A stretch of 64,000 nucleotides of DNA from Patescibacteria group bacterium (GCA_019428815.1 JAHYJW010000001.1:47119-111118), one strand, 5' to 3'; positions 28,381 through 38,819 are shown, numbered from the stretch's first letter. The notes: a model not told the origin generated them from the letters alone. Numbers and translations: made by a program.

Positions 28381-29073
28381 ATGGTTAAAATTAATGAAGA
28401 TTATAAGTCCTCAAAGAATTCGAGAAGTTCTTTTTGGCAGGCATTTATCTTAACAGTCCTTGTTTTTGTTGGAGGTATCCTCTTTGGGATGTTTTATGAA
28501 GGAAATAGATTTGATAAGATAAGTGATTATTATGTTAATTCAGAAGTCTTTTTGATGGATTCTTTTGCTTTAACAGAAATCACAGACTTAGGGTTAACAG
28601 AAGGTATTAATTGTGAAATTTTAATTAATGTAAATGTTGAATTTGCTGATAAAATTTATTCTGAAGCTCTTCTTCTTGAAAAGTATGATGAATCTCAACA
28701 ATTAGCCAAAACATTAGATTTAATGCATATGAAATATGATCTTTTAAGAACTTTACTTTGGATTAATACCTTAAAAATTCCACAAGAGTGCACAAGGGAA
28801 AAATCTGTTTTGATCTATCTCTTTGAAAGAAAAAGTGAAGATTTAACAAAAAAGGCTACAAATACTGTTTGGTCAAGAATCCTCTTTGATCTCAAACAGG
28901 AAATGGGAAATGAATTAATTTTGATTCCAATCGGGGTTGATAGTGATATCACCTCTCTTAACACTATGCTCTCAAGGTTTGAAATCTCAGAATATCCCGC
29001 TTTGGTTATCAATGAAGAGGAGGTTTTAACAGAAATTCAATCAGTAGAGGAACTTAAAAATCACTTAAAATAA
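28381..29073 (+). CDS. Membrane-anchored protein with a thioredoxin-like C-terminal domain
   Basis: Single N-terminal TM; C-terminal ISEYPALVIN pattern. Confidence 0.55.
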   Translation: MVKINEDYKSSKNSRSSFWQAFILTVLVFVGGILFGMFYEGNRFDKISDYYVNSEVFLMDSFALTEITDLGLTEGINCEILINVNVEFADKIYSEALLLEKYDESQQLAKTLDLMHMKYDLLRTLLWINTLKIPQECTREKSVLIYLFERKSEDLTKKATNTVWSRILFDLKQEMGNELILIPIGVDSDITSLNTMLSRFEISEYPALVINEEEVLTEIQSVEELKNHLK

Positions 29074-29193
29074 AAGATTAATTTTTATAATCCTTAAAAG
29101 TTTTTTGAGACGCTTTTAACATATTTATTCTAAAATTGGAATTATATTATTTTAAATACAAATATTAAAAAACAAAAATTACCTAATTTTTAT

Positions 29194-29949
29194 ATGAGAT
29201 GTTCTATTTGTGGTATTTCTGGAGAGGTTTCAAGACTTTTTGATGCATTATCTCCTAAGGAGAAAGGAGTTGTAAAAGTTTGCGAAAATTGTGCAAAAAA
29301 AGAAGATATGCCTATTTTAAGGAGACCCACTACCTTTCAACTTAAAAAATCTGAAACTAAGAGAGTTTATGATAACCTTTTATCCGCTAGAAATAAAGAA
29401 GGGAGTTTTAAGGTTCAACAGCGTAGTCCTATTGGAAAAAATAAAGAGGAGATCACTTTAAGAGAGATAGTTGATAGAAATTATAAACAAACTTCTTCTC
29501 AAAAAAAAGAACCTCAGTTAGATTTAGTTGATAATTTTCATTGGGTTATCATGAGAGCTAGAAGACTGAAGAAGATTACTCAAGAGAATCTTGCAAGAGA
29601 AATTTCAGAATCTGAAGCAGCTATAAAAATGGTTGAACAAGGAATTCTTCCAGAAGATGAATATCGTTTGATAAGTAAACTAGAAAGTTTTTTGGGGATA
29701 AAACTTCTAAAAAGTCAAGATAAAAGGGGAGAATGGGAAGGGGGTATTTCTATTACTGGAGATTTGAATGAAATAGATTCTTATAAAAAACAGCCTGCAA
29801 GAATAATAAAATTTGACCCTATTGTAACAAAAAATCTTACAATTTCTGATTTAAAAAGAATGAAAGAAGAATCCAAAAATCTTTCTGATGAAGAAACTTC
29901 AGATGATTTTGAAGAATTTGATAAGGCATTAGAAGAAGATGATTTCTAA
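29194..29949 (+). CDS. Zn-ribbon plus HTH protein, archaeal MBF1-like
   Basis: CSICG...VCENCA; HTH_3 RARRLKKITQENLAREISES...MVEQG; acidic tail. Confidence 0.75.
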   Translation: MRCSICGISGEVSRLFDALSPKEKGVVKVCENCAKKEDMPILRRPTTFQLKKSETKRVYDNLLSARNKEGSFKVQQRSPIGKNKEEITLREIVDRNYKQTSSQKKEPQLDLVDNFHWVIMRARRLKKITQENLAREISESEAAIKMVEQGILPEDEYRLISKLESFLGIKLLKSQDKRGEWEGGISITGDLNEIDSYKKQPARIIKFDPIVTKNLTISDLKRMKEESKNLSDEETSDDFEEFDKALEEDDF

Positions 29950-30000
29950 GTTGGAATCTTAATAAAACCTAAGGATTTATATAATATTAAACCGTACAAA

Positions 30001-30300
30001 TTGGTAGCAATGGTAAAAACAATTCAATTAGGATTAAGGATAGATAAAAACCTAAATAAAGAAATAGAGTACTTGGCGGAATCAGAAGGAGTAAACAAAA
30101 TGGCGTGGATAAGAAGAGCTTTAGCAGATTTTGTAGATCAAGAAAAGAATGTTATAACAAAAGAATTGGTAAAAGGTTATATTAATCTTATCAATACGGA
30201 AAAAGACTTAAAGGAATTTACCGGATGGAATAAAATGCCTGAAGATATAAGCCAAGCAAGAAGAGAGAACATAAATAGCATAAAAAGAACTAAAGAATGA
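30001..30300 (+). CDS. Ribbon-helix-helix (CopG-like) DNA-binding protein (probable start 30010)
   Basis: KTIQLGLRIDKNLNKEIEYLAESEGVNKMAWIRRAL; ATGA overlap with the next gene. Confidence 0.75.
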   Translation: MVAMVKTIQLGLRIDKNLNKEIEYLAESEGVNKMAWIRRALADFVDQEKNVITKELVKGYINLINTEKDLKEFTGWNKMPEDISQARRENINSIKRTKE

Positions 30301-31931
30301 AGAAGATATTATTATTTGGGTTAGTATCCATATTATCTCTTTCTATGGCGTTTGCCGCGGAATGCCAGTATATGAAGGAGGTTGTAAATTCAACCGAAAC
30401 AAAATTTATGCCTTATGATTTAAGGGGGCACCAACTAAAAGAAGTACAAATTGAATTTAATGACCTTTGGAATCAACCTGCGAAGATAATTAATTTCAAT
30501 TCCTTAGAACTAGAAATTTTGTTAAAAGTAAATTTAAACATTAAAAGTGCACCATGGTGTACTGGTTATTCCCACCCACTAAATTTTATTATAACTAAAG
30601 AATTAAAGATTCCTGCTAATTCCTTTATTGAATTACCTACTGAAAAACCAATAGCAAACTTTTACTGCAAAGAATTTAGATGGACAGAACCTAAAGAAAT
30701 TCAATATAAGGAAACAGATGACATTGAAATAAAGCTTACTACTATCGAGAATAAAATTTTAGTATGTGATGGTAAAGATGATGGTTCTGTTTGTGATTCT
30801 CCAAACGAATGTGGGGGGGGTTTTTGTGTTGAGGGATATTGCAGTAATACAGAACACTGCTTTAATAATGAATGTAAATGTAACTCCAGCGAAGTTCAAT
30901 GTAGTAACAATAAACAATGTGTTGAAAAGGGTGTTATTCCTATTGACGTAGCTCCTAAATGTGGGTTGGATGAAGAGTGTGTTTCGGGTTATTTAAATTC
31001 AGAAACGGGTTTATGCGCAAAATCGTTAGCACAGATAAATACAGAGAGTGAAAAGAAAAAAAGACTTTATCTTTTTTTAATTCTTTTTGGCGGGATTTTT
31101 GTTTACTTTTTGTATGAGTATAAATTAAAAAGATTAAGAATAAAATTTCAAAGATTTTCTTTTAATTTTAAAATTAAGGTTAATTCTCTAAAAGGGGGAT
31201 GGTTCATTAAAAAGTTAATTGGTATTTATTATAAGTTAAAAATTTCTTTAAAATCAGCAATAAATGAATTTAAGTCTCCTTTAAGAAAAATCTCAGGTGC
31301 TATAAGTAGGCTTTTTATCAAACCAAAAGAATCTATAAAAAAAGATTTAGTCTCTATAGTTCAATTTTTTATTAAGTTTTATAAGGGAATATTAAAGCCG
31401 TTTTCTAAAAAGAAACAAAAAAACAAAGAAGAATCAAAAATAAACAAAACTGATGGGAAATCAAAAGAAATAGAAGAATCAGAAAACAAAGAAGAAACAG
31501 ATAAGACCAAAGAAGAAGCGAAAATGCTTGAATCTCTTTCATATGAATTATTTAAAAAAAGAGCTTATTTGAAGATGATCAGTAAAGATGTTTTTTTTGA
31601 AAAATACTTAGAAAGATACGGGAGTAAAATTTATTTTGACACTGAAAGTGGGTATTTTAGATTTAGGAATAATAATGAATTTTTGCATAGATATATTTAT
31701 AAATCTTTTTATTCAGATTTTGACGAAAACAAAGAAATCCACCATATCGATGCGAATCATTATAACAACGAAATTTGGAATTTAATCCAATTAACAACTG
31801 AACAACATAAAAAAATTAAACACGGTAAAATTTTTTATGGAGATTGGATATCAGGAATTAATGAATTAAAAAAGATTGGATTTTTAGAGGGTGATTTTCC
31901 TAGCGAAATTATTAAAAAATTAAAAAATTAA
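30297..31931 (+). CDS. Type I membrane protein: Cys-rich ectodomain, TM, cytoplasmic HNH endonuclease domain
   Basis: Signal peptide ending SMAFA|; Cys-rich block; TM LYLFLILFGGIFVYFLY; C-terminal LHRYIY...EIHHIDANHYNNEIWNLIQLTTEQH. Confidence 0.8.
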   Translation: MKKILLFGLVSILSLSMAFAAECQYMKEVVNSTETKFMPYDLRGHQLKEVQIEFNDLWNQPAKIINFNSLELEILLKVNLNIKSAPWCTGYSHPLNFIITKELKIPANSFIELPTEKPIANFYCKEFRWTEPKEIQYKETDDIEIKLTTIENKILVCDGKDDGSVCDSPNECGGGFCVEGYCSNTEHCFNNECKCNSSEVQCSNNKQCVEKGVIPIDVAPKCGLDEECVSGYLNSETGLCAKSLAQINTESEKKKRLYLFLILFGGIFVYFLYEYKLKRLRIKFQRFSFNFKIKVNSLKGGWFIKKLIGIYYKLKISLKSAINEFKSPLRKISGAISRLFIKPKESIKKDLVSIVQFFIKFYKGILKPFSKKKQKNKEESKINKTDGKSKEIEESENKEETDKTKEEAKMLESLSYELFKKRAYLKMISKDVFFEKYLERYGSKIYFDTESGYFRFRNNNEFLHRYIYKSFYSDFDENKEIHHIDANHYNNEIWNLIQLTTEQHKKIKHGKIFYGDWISGINELKKIGFLEGDFPSEIIKKLKN

Positions 31932-32252
31932 CAGATTTTTTATTCAAATTTTTCTCTTTAGTTTATTAGTTTATTCATTAATCTAATATTCTATCTTTTG
32001 GAATTTTTTTACAGTCTTTCAAAAATTTCTTTATTTGGAAAAAGATTTATAGGTAAAATTCACTAAGAATTAATCAAATTCGTTTACTTTGTTTTACTTA
32101 AAATATTGATTAAATTATCGATTTATTCTAAATAAGTTCTTCTTTTAACTTCCGTTTAATAAATCCTTTTTTCAAAACATCTTAATAACCGTTAAAAAAA
32201 CCAAAGCGTGCGTATACATTAAATTTATAAACTAAATTTCTAATTCCATATT

Positions 32253-32516
32253 ATGGAAATTTCTGTTTTAAAATCTTCTAAAGACGAAATTGAAATGAGC
32301 TTAGAGAATGTTACCCTAGCAGAAGCATTAAGGGTTTACCTAAACAAGGATTCTTCTGTAACTTTTGCAGCTTGGAAGAGAGAACATCCTTCAGAAAAAC
32401 CTATAATAAAAGTGATTACTCGCGGAAAAGATGTTAAAAAGGTGATTAATGAAGCTATTTCAAATATTTTGAAAGATTTAGATAAAGTTGAAAAGGATTT
32501 TAAATCGCTTAAGTAA
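32253..32516 (+). CDS. rpoL: RNA polymerase subunit L (Rpo11)
   Basis: TLAEALR...VTFAAW.REHP. Confidence 0.85.
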   Translation: MEISVLKSSKDEIEMSLENVTLAEALRVYLNKDSSVTFAAWKREHPSEKPIIKVITRGKDVKKVINEAISNILKDLDKVEKDFKSLK

Positions 32517-32726
32517 CCTTAATCACAACAATTTTTATTAAGGGACCTTCTTCTTCAGCTGCATGAAAAATTTATTTCAGGGGGCTTATAGAAAGAAATT
32601 TAAATTGATTTTTAAACTAAATGAATGTAACTTTCTTTTTTTAAAAAGAAATTTTAAATATCCCGAATAAAATTATTATAATGCTATTAAAAATATCTAA
32701 AGAAAAATTTAATCTTAATCTTTAAA

Positions 32727-33485
32727 ATGGGACTCAAAGAAGAAAACAATTTGAAAACAGAAAGAATTTCAGCAGGTAGTTATGATCTTAATAAATGGTT
32801 ATATGGGGGTTATGAAAAAGGAATAATCAGCATGATTGCAGGCCCTCCAGCTAGCGGTAAGACTAATTTTTCTCTTTTGGCAGCTTGTAGTATGGCAAAA
32901 AAAGGTAAAAAAGTTATTTTTATAGACACTGAAGGAGGTTTTAGTTTTGAGAGAGTTAAACAAATTTTTTATCCTCAAAATCCTGAAGATTTCTTAAAAA
33001 ATATTTTAGTCTTAAATCCCCTTAATTTTGAAGAACAGAAAAAAATATTTTTAACCCTTCTTAATAGGGTAAAAAAAGAGGATATTAGTCTAATGATTGT
33101 GGATGGAATGGCTATGCTTTATAGATTAGAACTTGGGGATGCTATAACTTCTAAAGACGAAGAAAAAATAAAAGGGGTAAATCGAGAAGTTGCAAAACAA
33201 ATGAGAATTTTAGCAGAGATCTCTAGAAAACAAAGAATTCCTATTTTGATTACCAATCAGGTTTATAACGAATTTATTTCTGAAGAAGATTGGAAAAATG
33301 GAATTCGGCCTGAAGCAAATATCGTGGGGGGAGATTTATTTAAATACTGGTGTAAAACTATTATTGAGTTAAAAAATCTTAATGGAAAGAGAAAAGCAAT
33401 TTTGCTTAAACATAGGAGCATGCCTCAAAAAGAATTAAATTTTGAAATAAAAGATAAAGGTATCTTTAAAAAAGGATGGATATAA
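32727..33485 (+). CDS. radB: DNA repair protein RadB
   Basis: GPPASGKT, IDTEGG, TNQV and the RadB-specific KHRS motif; no N-terminal HhH domain. Confidence 0.92.
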   Translation: MGLKEENNLKTERISAGSYDLNKWLYGGYEKGIISMIAGPPASGKTNFSLLAACSMAKKGKKVIFIDTEGGFSFERVKQIFYPQNPEDFLKNILVLNPLNFEEQKKIFLTLLNRVKKEDISLMIVDGMAMLYRLELGDAITSKDEEKIKGVNREVAKQMRILAEISRKQRIPILITNQVYNEFISEEDWKNGIRPEANIVGGDLFKYWCKTIIELKNLNGKRKAILLKHRSMPQKELNFEIKDKGIFKKGWI

Positions 33486-34390
33486 TGAGCTCTAAAATTA
33501 AAAATTTTGAGGACATTGATACCAAAAGTTATTATGAACAGGTAGTCCCTTTAGAGGATTTAGTCAATCAAAAAGATTCTTTTATTCTTTTTGATACCTC
33601 CTCCTTTATGGATCCTTTAGGGATGGGAGTTAATTTTATTAAAAGAGACATCTCTTTAGAAATAATTTCTAGACTTCGAGAGGATAATCATAAAGAGCAA
33701 GAAACTGATTTTAGGGGGTATTTTAAGTCTAAAGAATTAAAGAGAAAAATTGCTCTTACAGGGGGGAATAATCATTTTCTTTCTGAATTTTTGAGATATT
33801 TAAAAGGAGATTATGAGCTTATGGTAACCCCTTTAATAATAAAAGAAATCCATGGAAACGAACATTACAGTTATAAGCGAGCTGTTAAAAAACAGTCTTC
33901 TGAAGATTTACCAGAATTAAGATTATTTAGGAAAAAGATTAGAGAAAATGAGGAACTTCTTAATAATTTAGAGCGTTCTTTTGTTGAAACAGGTAAGGTT
34001 TTATTATCCGATGAAACAGAACTAAAATATCTTTACCCAGAACTTTTTGATACCCAAGATTTTGACTCTCCTTCAGAAGAAAATTTTGCTTACTCCTTTC
34101 TTGAAAACTCTTCTTTAAGATATCTAGACAAAAGAGAAAGAATTTTTTATAGGGAAAGTTATACTAATTTTGATTACTTTAGAAGAATTTACAAGTTAAG
34201 TGATACAGATTATGATATGGTCCTTAAAAGTTTAACCCTTTCTTTACACAGAAAACCTGTGATTATTTCTTCTAATGACGGTTCATTAATTTCAGCAGTA
34301 AAAGACATAATCTCTACAAACTGCCTTTTTAGCAATCTGGATGTTAGATTCTTTAAAAGAGTTAACTTTTTTGAATTTAAAGAGTTCTAA
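33476..34390 (+). CDS. Hypothetical PIN-like domain protein
   Basis: ILFDTSS, VTPLIIKEI, LSDTD, SSND acidic motifs with long insertions. Confidence 0.5.
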   Translation: MDIMSSKIKNFEDIDTKSYYEQVVPLEDLVNQKDSFILFDTSSFMDPLGMGVNFIKRDISLEIISRLREDNHKEQETDFRGYFKSKELKRKIALTGGNNHFLSEFLRYLKGDYELMVTPLIIKEIHGNEHYSYKRAVKKQSSEDLPELRLFRKKIRENEELLNNLERSFVETGKVLLSDETELKYLYPELFDTQDFDSPSEENFAYSFLENSSLRYLDKRERIFYRESYTNFDYFRRIYKLSDTDYDMVLKSLTLSLHRKPVIISSNDGSLISAVKDIISTNCLFSNLDVRFFKRVNFFEFKEF

Positions 34391-34486
34391 AAAAATTAAA
34401 TAATTGTGAAATTGAGGGTAAGAATTAAATAACTCTTGTGTAGTTCCTAAAGAATATAAACTTTAATTTACGTTTATTTAATTACT

Positions 34487-35707
34487 ATGAAAGAAGATAT
34501 TCGTTTTGAGGTCATAAAGAAAATAGCAGAAATAAATTTTAAGTATAAGAATTTAGACAAACTTTCTGAATTAGACACTAATTCCCCTCCAAGTGTTTTT
34601 ATAGGCTCTAAGTTAAAGTACCCATTAGTTAACGTAGGTATACTTAGTCCTTTAGAAAGAGATGATGATGCATGGGTTTATGATTCTCCTGATTATTGGG
34701 CAAAAAGAAATTTTAAAATAAAAGAGGTTGTTAGTCTAAGAGATGGTCTTCTTAATTCTAGGTTCCAGACAAATGTAAAGGCAAGTCTTTCTTCTTCAAA
34801 TGGTAATCAAAAATTTGTTCAGATAGCTCAAGAATTGGCAACAGCATTAAAACCTGTTGATGTGGAGATAGAATTGGAGAAGAAAATCGGCCCAGGTTTA
34901 AAGAAAGACAGGGTTTTAGCTCCTCAAGGAATGGCCGCACCATTAAAAAAGGCAAAAATTACCAGTAATGTAAAAATTCATAAAAAATTAGATAGAGTTA
35001 TGAATGATGAAATAAAAGCTTCAGAAGGTATGTTTGAATTATATAAAAGTAAGTTTGATGAGTATACTTTAAGTAAAATCTTAAGTGTCGGGGTTTTGGG
35101 GCTTAAAAAAAATAAAAAACTGGTTCCTACAAGATGGTCGATTACTGCTACAGATGATGCTCTTGGAAAAAGACTCTTAGAAAAAATTAGGGGATATAAA
35201 TGGATTGAAAATTATGAATTATTCTTTGGAGAATTTATGGGAAATGCTTACCTAATTTTTCTATTTCCTAATGTTTGGAGTTATGAACTTTTTGAACTTT
35301 ACTTACCTGGAAGTTCTTGGAATTCTTCTAATGAGATAAAGGCAGCTACTGATTTTGAACAATTTTCTGGCAGAAAGGATTATGCATCAGATACTGCAGG
35401 AGGGTATTATGCATCAAGGTTACCTATTTTAGAGTATCTTGAAAGAATAAAGAGACAAGCTTCTGTTTTAGCAATAAGAATTGAACTTCCTAGTTATTGG
35501 GCTTCTTTGGGTGTTTGGGTTGTTAGGGAGTCAGTTCGTAAAGCTCTTAATCACCGGAAACTTGAATTTTCAGAAAGGAATGAATTATTAAAGAGTGCCG
35601 CAAAAATTGGGATAATAAAATTTGGATTTAATCCTGAAACAGTCTTTAAAAAAAGTAAACTTATTGAAAGCTTAAAGACACAAACTAGGTTAAAAGATTG
35701 GCTTTAG
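34487..35707 (+). CDS. nreA: Nre-family DNA repair protein
   Basis: SPPSVFIG, LVPTRWSITATDD, GGYYA, LGVWVVRE; C-terminal PIP box QTRLKDW. Confidence 0.9.
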   Translation: MKEDIRFEVIKKIAEINFKYKNLDKLSELDTNSPPSVFIGSKLKYPLVNVGILSPLERDDDAWVYDSPDYWAKRNFKIKEVVSLRDGLLNSRFQTNVKASLSSSNGNQKFVQIAQELATALKPVDVEIELEKKIGPGLKKDRVLAPQGMAAPLKKAKITSNVKIHKKLDRVMNDEIKASEGMFELYKSKFDEYTLSKILSVGVLGLKKNKKLVPTRWSITATDDALGKRLLEKIRGYKWIENYELFFGEFMGNAYLIFLFPNVWSYELFELYLPGSSWNSSNEIKAATDFEQFSGRKDYASDTAGGYYASRLPILEYLERIKRQASVLAIRIELPSYWASLGVWVVRESVRKALNHRKLEFSERNELLKSAAKIGIIKFGFNPETVFKKSKLIESLKTQTRLKDWL

Positions 35708-38043
35708 ATTAAAATTTTTGGATTAGAATTTTGTTCATTTTCTTGTTTGTTTTTATAAGCTTCAACTCTTTCTTTATTTAGCGGACATTCTGGATTAAAA
35801 CAAAAAATCCAAGGTCTTTTACCTTTTCTTATTAACATCATTTTCTGAAAACCACATTCTTCACAAATTTCTTTTGTTTTTTTAATAAGTCCGTTGGGAG
35901 GGAGACTGTAGGTATTCTTACAATCAGGATAAGCATTACAAGCTATAAAATATCTTCTCGTTTTTTTAGAATAAGAAATTGAAAGGTTACCTTTTTTACA
36001 TTTTGGACAAATTGTTTCTAATTTGTTTTCTTCTTTTTGTTGTTTCCTATACTCATCATTTGCTTTTGAAATTTCTTCGCCCACTTTTTCCTGCTTTTTT
36101 TCAAATTCTTTTGTAATCTCTATTATTGATTTCTTAGCTTTATCTAAAATCTTTTCTTTTTTACTAATCTGGTCTTTTTTAGAATTTTGTATAGATTCCA
36201 TTTCTTTTTCAAAATCTCTTGTCAATTTTTCATCGATTATAATTGGGGAATACTTTTTTAGTGTTTCAATTAGTGAGATTCCTAAAGGTGTTGCCTTTAT
36301 GCTTTGGCCATCAACATAACCTCTCCCATAAAGCGTTTCTAATATTGATGCTCGAGTTCCTTTGGTACCTAGATTCTTCTTCTCAAGTAAGGAAATAAGA
36401 GACGCAGGAGAATATCTTTTGGGGGGTTGAGTTTCTTTTTCTTCAATTCTAGAATTTATTATTTTTACTTCTCCTTCTAAATCTGGAACTTCTTTTTCTT
36501 TTATTTTAGAAGGGTAAATTCCCAACCAAGATTCTTTCTTTATTGAGTATCCCTTTTTTAAAAAAAGGAGACCCCCAACCCGGACGTTTATTGTTTTATT
36601 CTCAACAATCGCATCTTCAGCAAATAAACTTAAAAATCTCCTAACTATGAGATCATATATTTTCTTTTCATCTTCATTCAACATTTTTTGATTAGGAATT
36701 TCTCCGGTAGGGTAAATCGAAGGGTGTGCGGAATCTGATTTTCTTCCTTCAACTGGCTTTTCTCTTATAATTAGTTTCTCTACAGAATACCTCTTAGATA
36801 AATTCTTTAATATCTCTTTGTAGTTTATTGAAGGGGGCAATTTTTGACTAGATGTTCTAGGATAAGAAATCAAACCTCCTAAATATAAACTTTGGGCAAT
36901 TTCTAATGTTTTTATAGGATTTATTCCAAAATGTTTATAAGACTCTATTTGTAATGTTGTTAAATTAAAAGGGGGATTTGGTGGCACTCTTTTTTCAATT
37001 TTTTTAGTTTCCGCAATTCCTGTTTTTCCTGTTAGGTTTTCAAATTTTTTTAATTCAGATTTTTTGAATATATCTTTATTATGAACAAGTTCGATTTTTG
37101 GTTTTTCTAAATTTATGAAAATTTGCCAATATTTTTTTTCTTTAAATTCAGATATTTCTTTTTCTTTTTCAACAATAATCTTTAAGGTAGGTCCTTGGAC
37201 TCTTCCAATAGATATAAGTTTAAATTTTCCTACTGATTTTAAAGAGTTCATAAGGGATCTTGATAGATTTATTCCGTAAAACCAATCTAAATAGTGACGA
37301 GTTTCTCCTGCAATAGCTTGGCCCCAATCAATACTATCTGATTGATTTTCATATGCCTGGTTGATTTCTTTTTCAGTTAATGAAGAAAACCTCATCCTTT
37401 TTGCATCGGTTTGTCCACCAATAAACCTAAAGATATTTAACCCTATAACCTCCCCCTCGATATCATAATCGGTTGAAATTGTGATGCTTTTAGCATTTTT
37501 AATAAGTGAAGATAATGCCTGATAATACTTTTTACTAAAATCATTTTTTCTTACAAAATAATTTGGAACCCACATTAAATCAAATATTGGTCCTTGAGAA
37601 GTTGATCCTTTATGGGTCAGAGTAAATAAATGGCCAACGGCACAAGCAACAACAATCTTTTCTTTTTTCCTTTTAACTTCATAATAAGGTATACCATTAA
37701 TCGTTTTTTTTGTAGATTTTCCTAAAGCTGAAGCAATTTTCAAAGCTGCTTGTGGTTTTTCTGTAACTAACAATTCATAGCCGTCTTTTTTTAACTTTAA
37801 TTTTGGCGTTTTGAAATCTTTAGGGTCTAATTTAGTTTTCTTAAATTCCCTTTTAAATCCCTTTTTAGAAGTAGTCTTCTTTTTAGGCGAACCTTTTTTC
37901 TTTTTCTTCTCAATTTCCATTAATGTATCAAAATCAGAAGACTTGTGTTCTTTTTCTATAGAATACTTTAAATCTTTTGGACTCACAGGAAAAAACTCTC
38001 CAGTAACTTTTTCTTCTTTTGTTTCTTTAGGTTTTCTACGCAT
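35704..38043 (-). CDS. topA: DNA topoisomerase IA
   Basis: TEKP, TDYDIEGE, GRVQ, active-site ISYPRT, C-terminal Zn ribbons. Confidence 0.96.
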   Translation of the reverse strand: MRRKPKETKEEKVTGEFFPVSPKDLKYSIEKEHKSSDFDTLMEIEKKKKKGSPKKKTTSKKGFKREFKKTKLDPKDFKTPKLKLKKDGYELLVTEKPQAALKIASALGKSTKKTINGIPYYEVKRKKEKIVVACAVGHLFTLTHKGSTSQGPIFDLMWVPNYFVRKNDFSKKYYQALSSLIKNAKSITISTDYDIEGEVIGLNIFRFIGGQTDAKRMRFSSLTEKEINQAYENQSDSIDWGQAIAGETRHYLDWFYGINLSRSLMNSLKSVGKFKLISIGRVQGPTLKIIVEKEKEISEFKEKKYWQIFINLEKPKIELVHNKDIFKKSELKKFENLTGKTGIAETKKIEKRVPPNPPFNLTTLQIESYKHFGINPIKTLEIAQSLYLGGLISYPRTSSQKLPPSINYKEILKNLSKRYSVEKLIIREKPVEGRKSDSAHPSIYPTGEIPNQKMLNEDEKKIYDLIVRRFLSLFAEDAIVENKTINVRVGGLLFLKKGYSIKKESWLGIYPSKIKEKEVPDLEGEVKIINSRIEEKETQPPKRYSPASLISLLEKKNLGTKGTRASILETLYGRGYVDGQSIKATPLGISLIETLKKYSPIIIDEKLTRDFEKEMESIQNSKKDQISKKEKILDKAKKSIIEITKEFEKKQEKVGEEISKANDEYRKQQKEENKLETICPKCKKGNLSISYSKKTRRYFIACNAYPDCKNTYSLPPNGLIKKTKEICEECGFQKMMLIRKGKRPWIFCFNPECPLNKERVEAYKNKQENEQNSNPKILI

Positions 38044-38204
38044 TTTTAAATTAGATCTCTTTTATTATCTATTTTATTCTGAATAAAAGAGTTTTATAGT
38101 TATTGTTTTTATCTTTATTCCTTGAACATTAGGAATTTCTATTTAGATTTATCTTTTAGAAACATTTTTTTAAAATATACTAAAAACATTTCTTTAACTT
38201 TTGA

Positions 38205-38819
38205 TTAAATCTCAAAGATTTTTTCTTTTTTACTCACATTAAAAATTTGGGTCTTTCCTATCTTTTCTTCAATACCCCCAGATTCGTGGATATGTGCGTT
38301 GATTAGAATATCTGGTTTAAATTTTCTTATCGCTTTTCTTATTGCCTTTGAACCTTTAAATCCAAAAATCTCTGCTTTACTTCCAAAAGGGTGCATGTGT
38401 GTTACCATTACCCTTTTCTCTGTTCTTTGAATATCCTTCTCCCCATTTTCTAATAACCTAAATAACTCTGATTCAGGGGCCTCATATGGGCCTATTTCTG
38501 ATGCTAACCCTGCTCCAAAAAAACCTACATCCCCTTTAATAAAACTACTCCCATGTAAATTTTTTATGTTATAGGTTTTAGCTAAAAAATCGATCGTGGA
38601 TACTGATTCGTGGTTTCCCGGGATTATAAGAACCTGTTTTTTTGCTTTTATAAAAGGTCCAATAATATTCTTGGGTGACTTTTCACCAAGGGTTATATCT
38701 CCTGCAAGTATAACTAAGTCTATATGTTCTCTTTCAGCTTTTTTTGCTAGTCTTTTTACTAATCCAGTGTCCCCATGAATGTCTCCTATTGCTAAAACTT
38801 TTGTTTTCCTTTCCATCAT
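38205..38819 (-). CDS. Calcineurin-like metallophosphoesterase
   Basis: DIHG, GD, GNHE, TH, HIHE motifs. Confidence 0.9.
   Translation of the reverse strand: MMERKTKVLAIGDIHGDTGLVKRLAKKAEREHIDLVILAGDITLGEKSPKNIIGPFIKAKKQVLIIPGNHESVSTIDFLAKTYNIKNLHGSSFIKGDVGFFGAGLASEIGPYEAPESELFRLLENGEKDIQRTEKRVMVTHMHPFGSKAEIFGFKGSKAIRKAIRKFKPDILINAHIHESGGIEEKIGKTQIFNVSKKEKIFEI

Noticed and set aside
31932..32252. AT-rich intergenic gaps (also 58819-59144) as a replication origin
   Set aside because: No repeated ORB-like boxes and no adjacent cdc6/orc1
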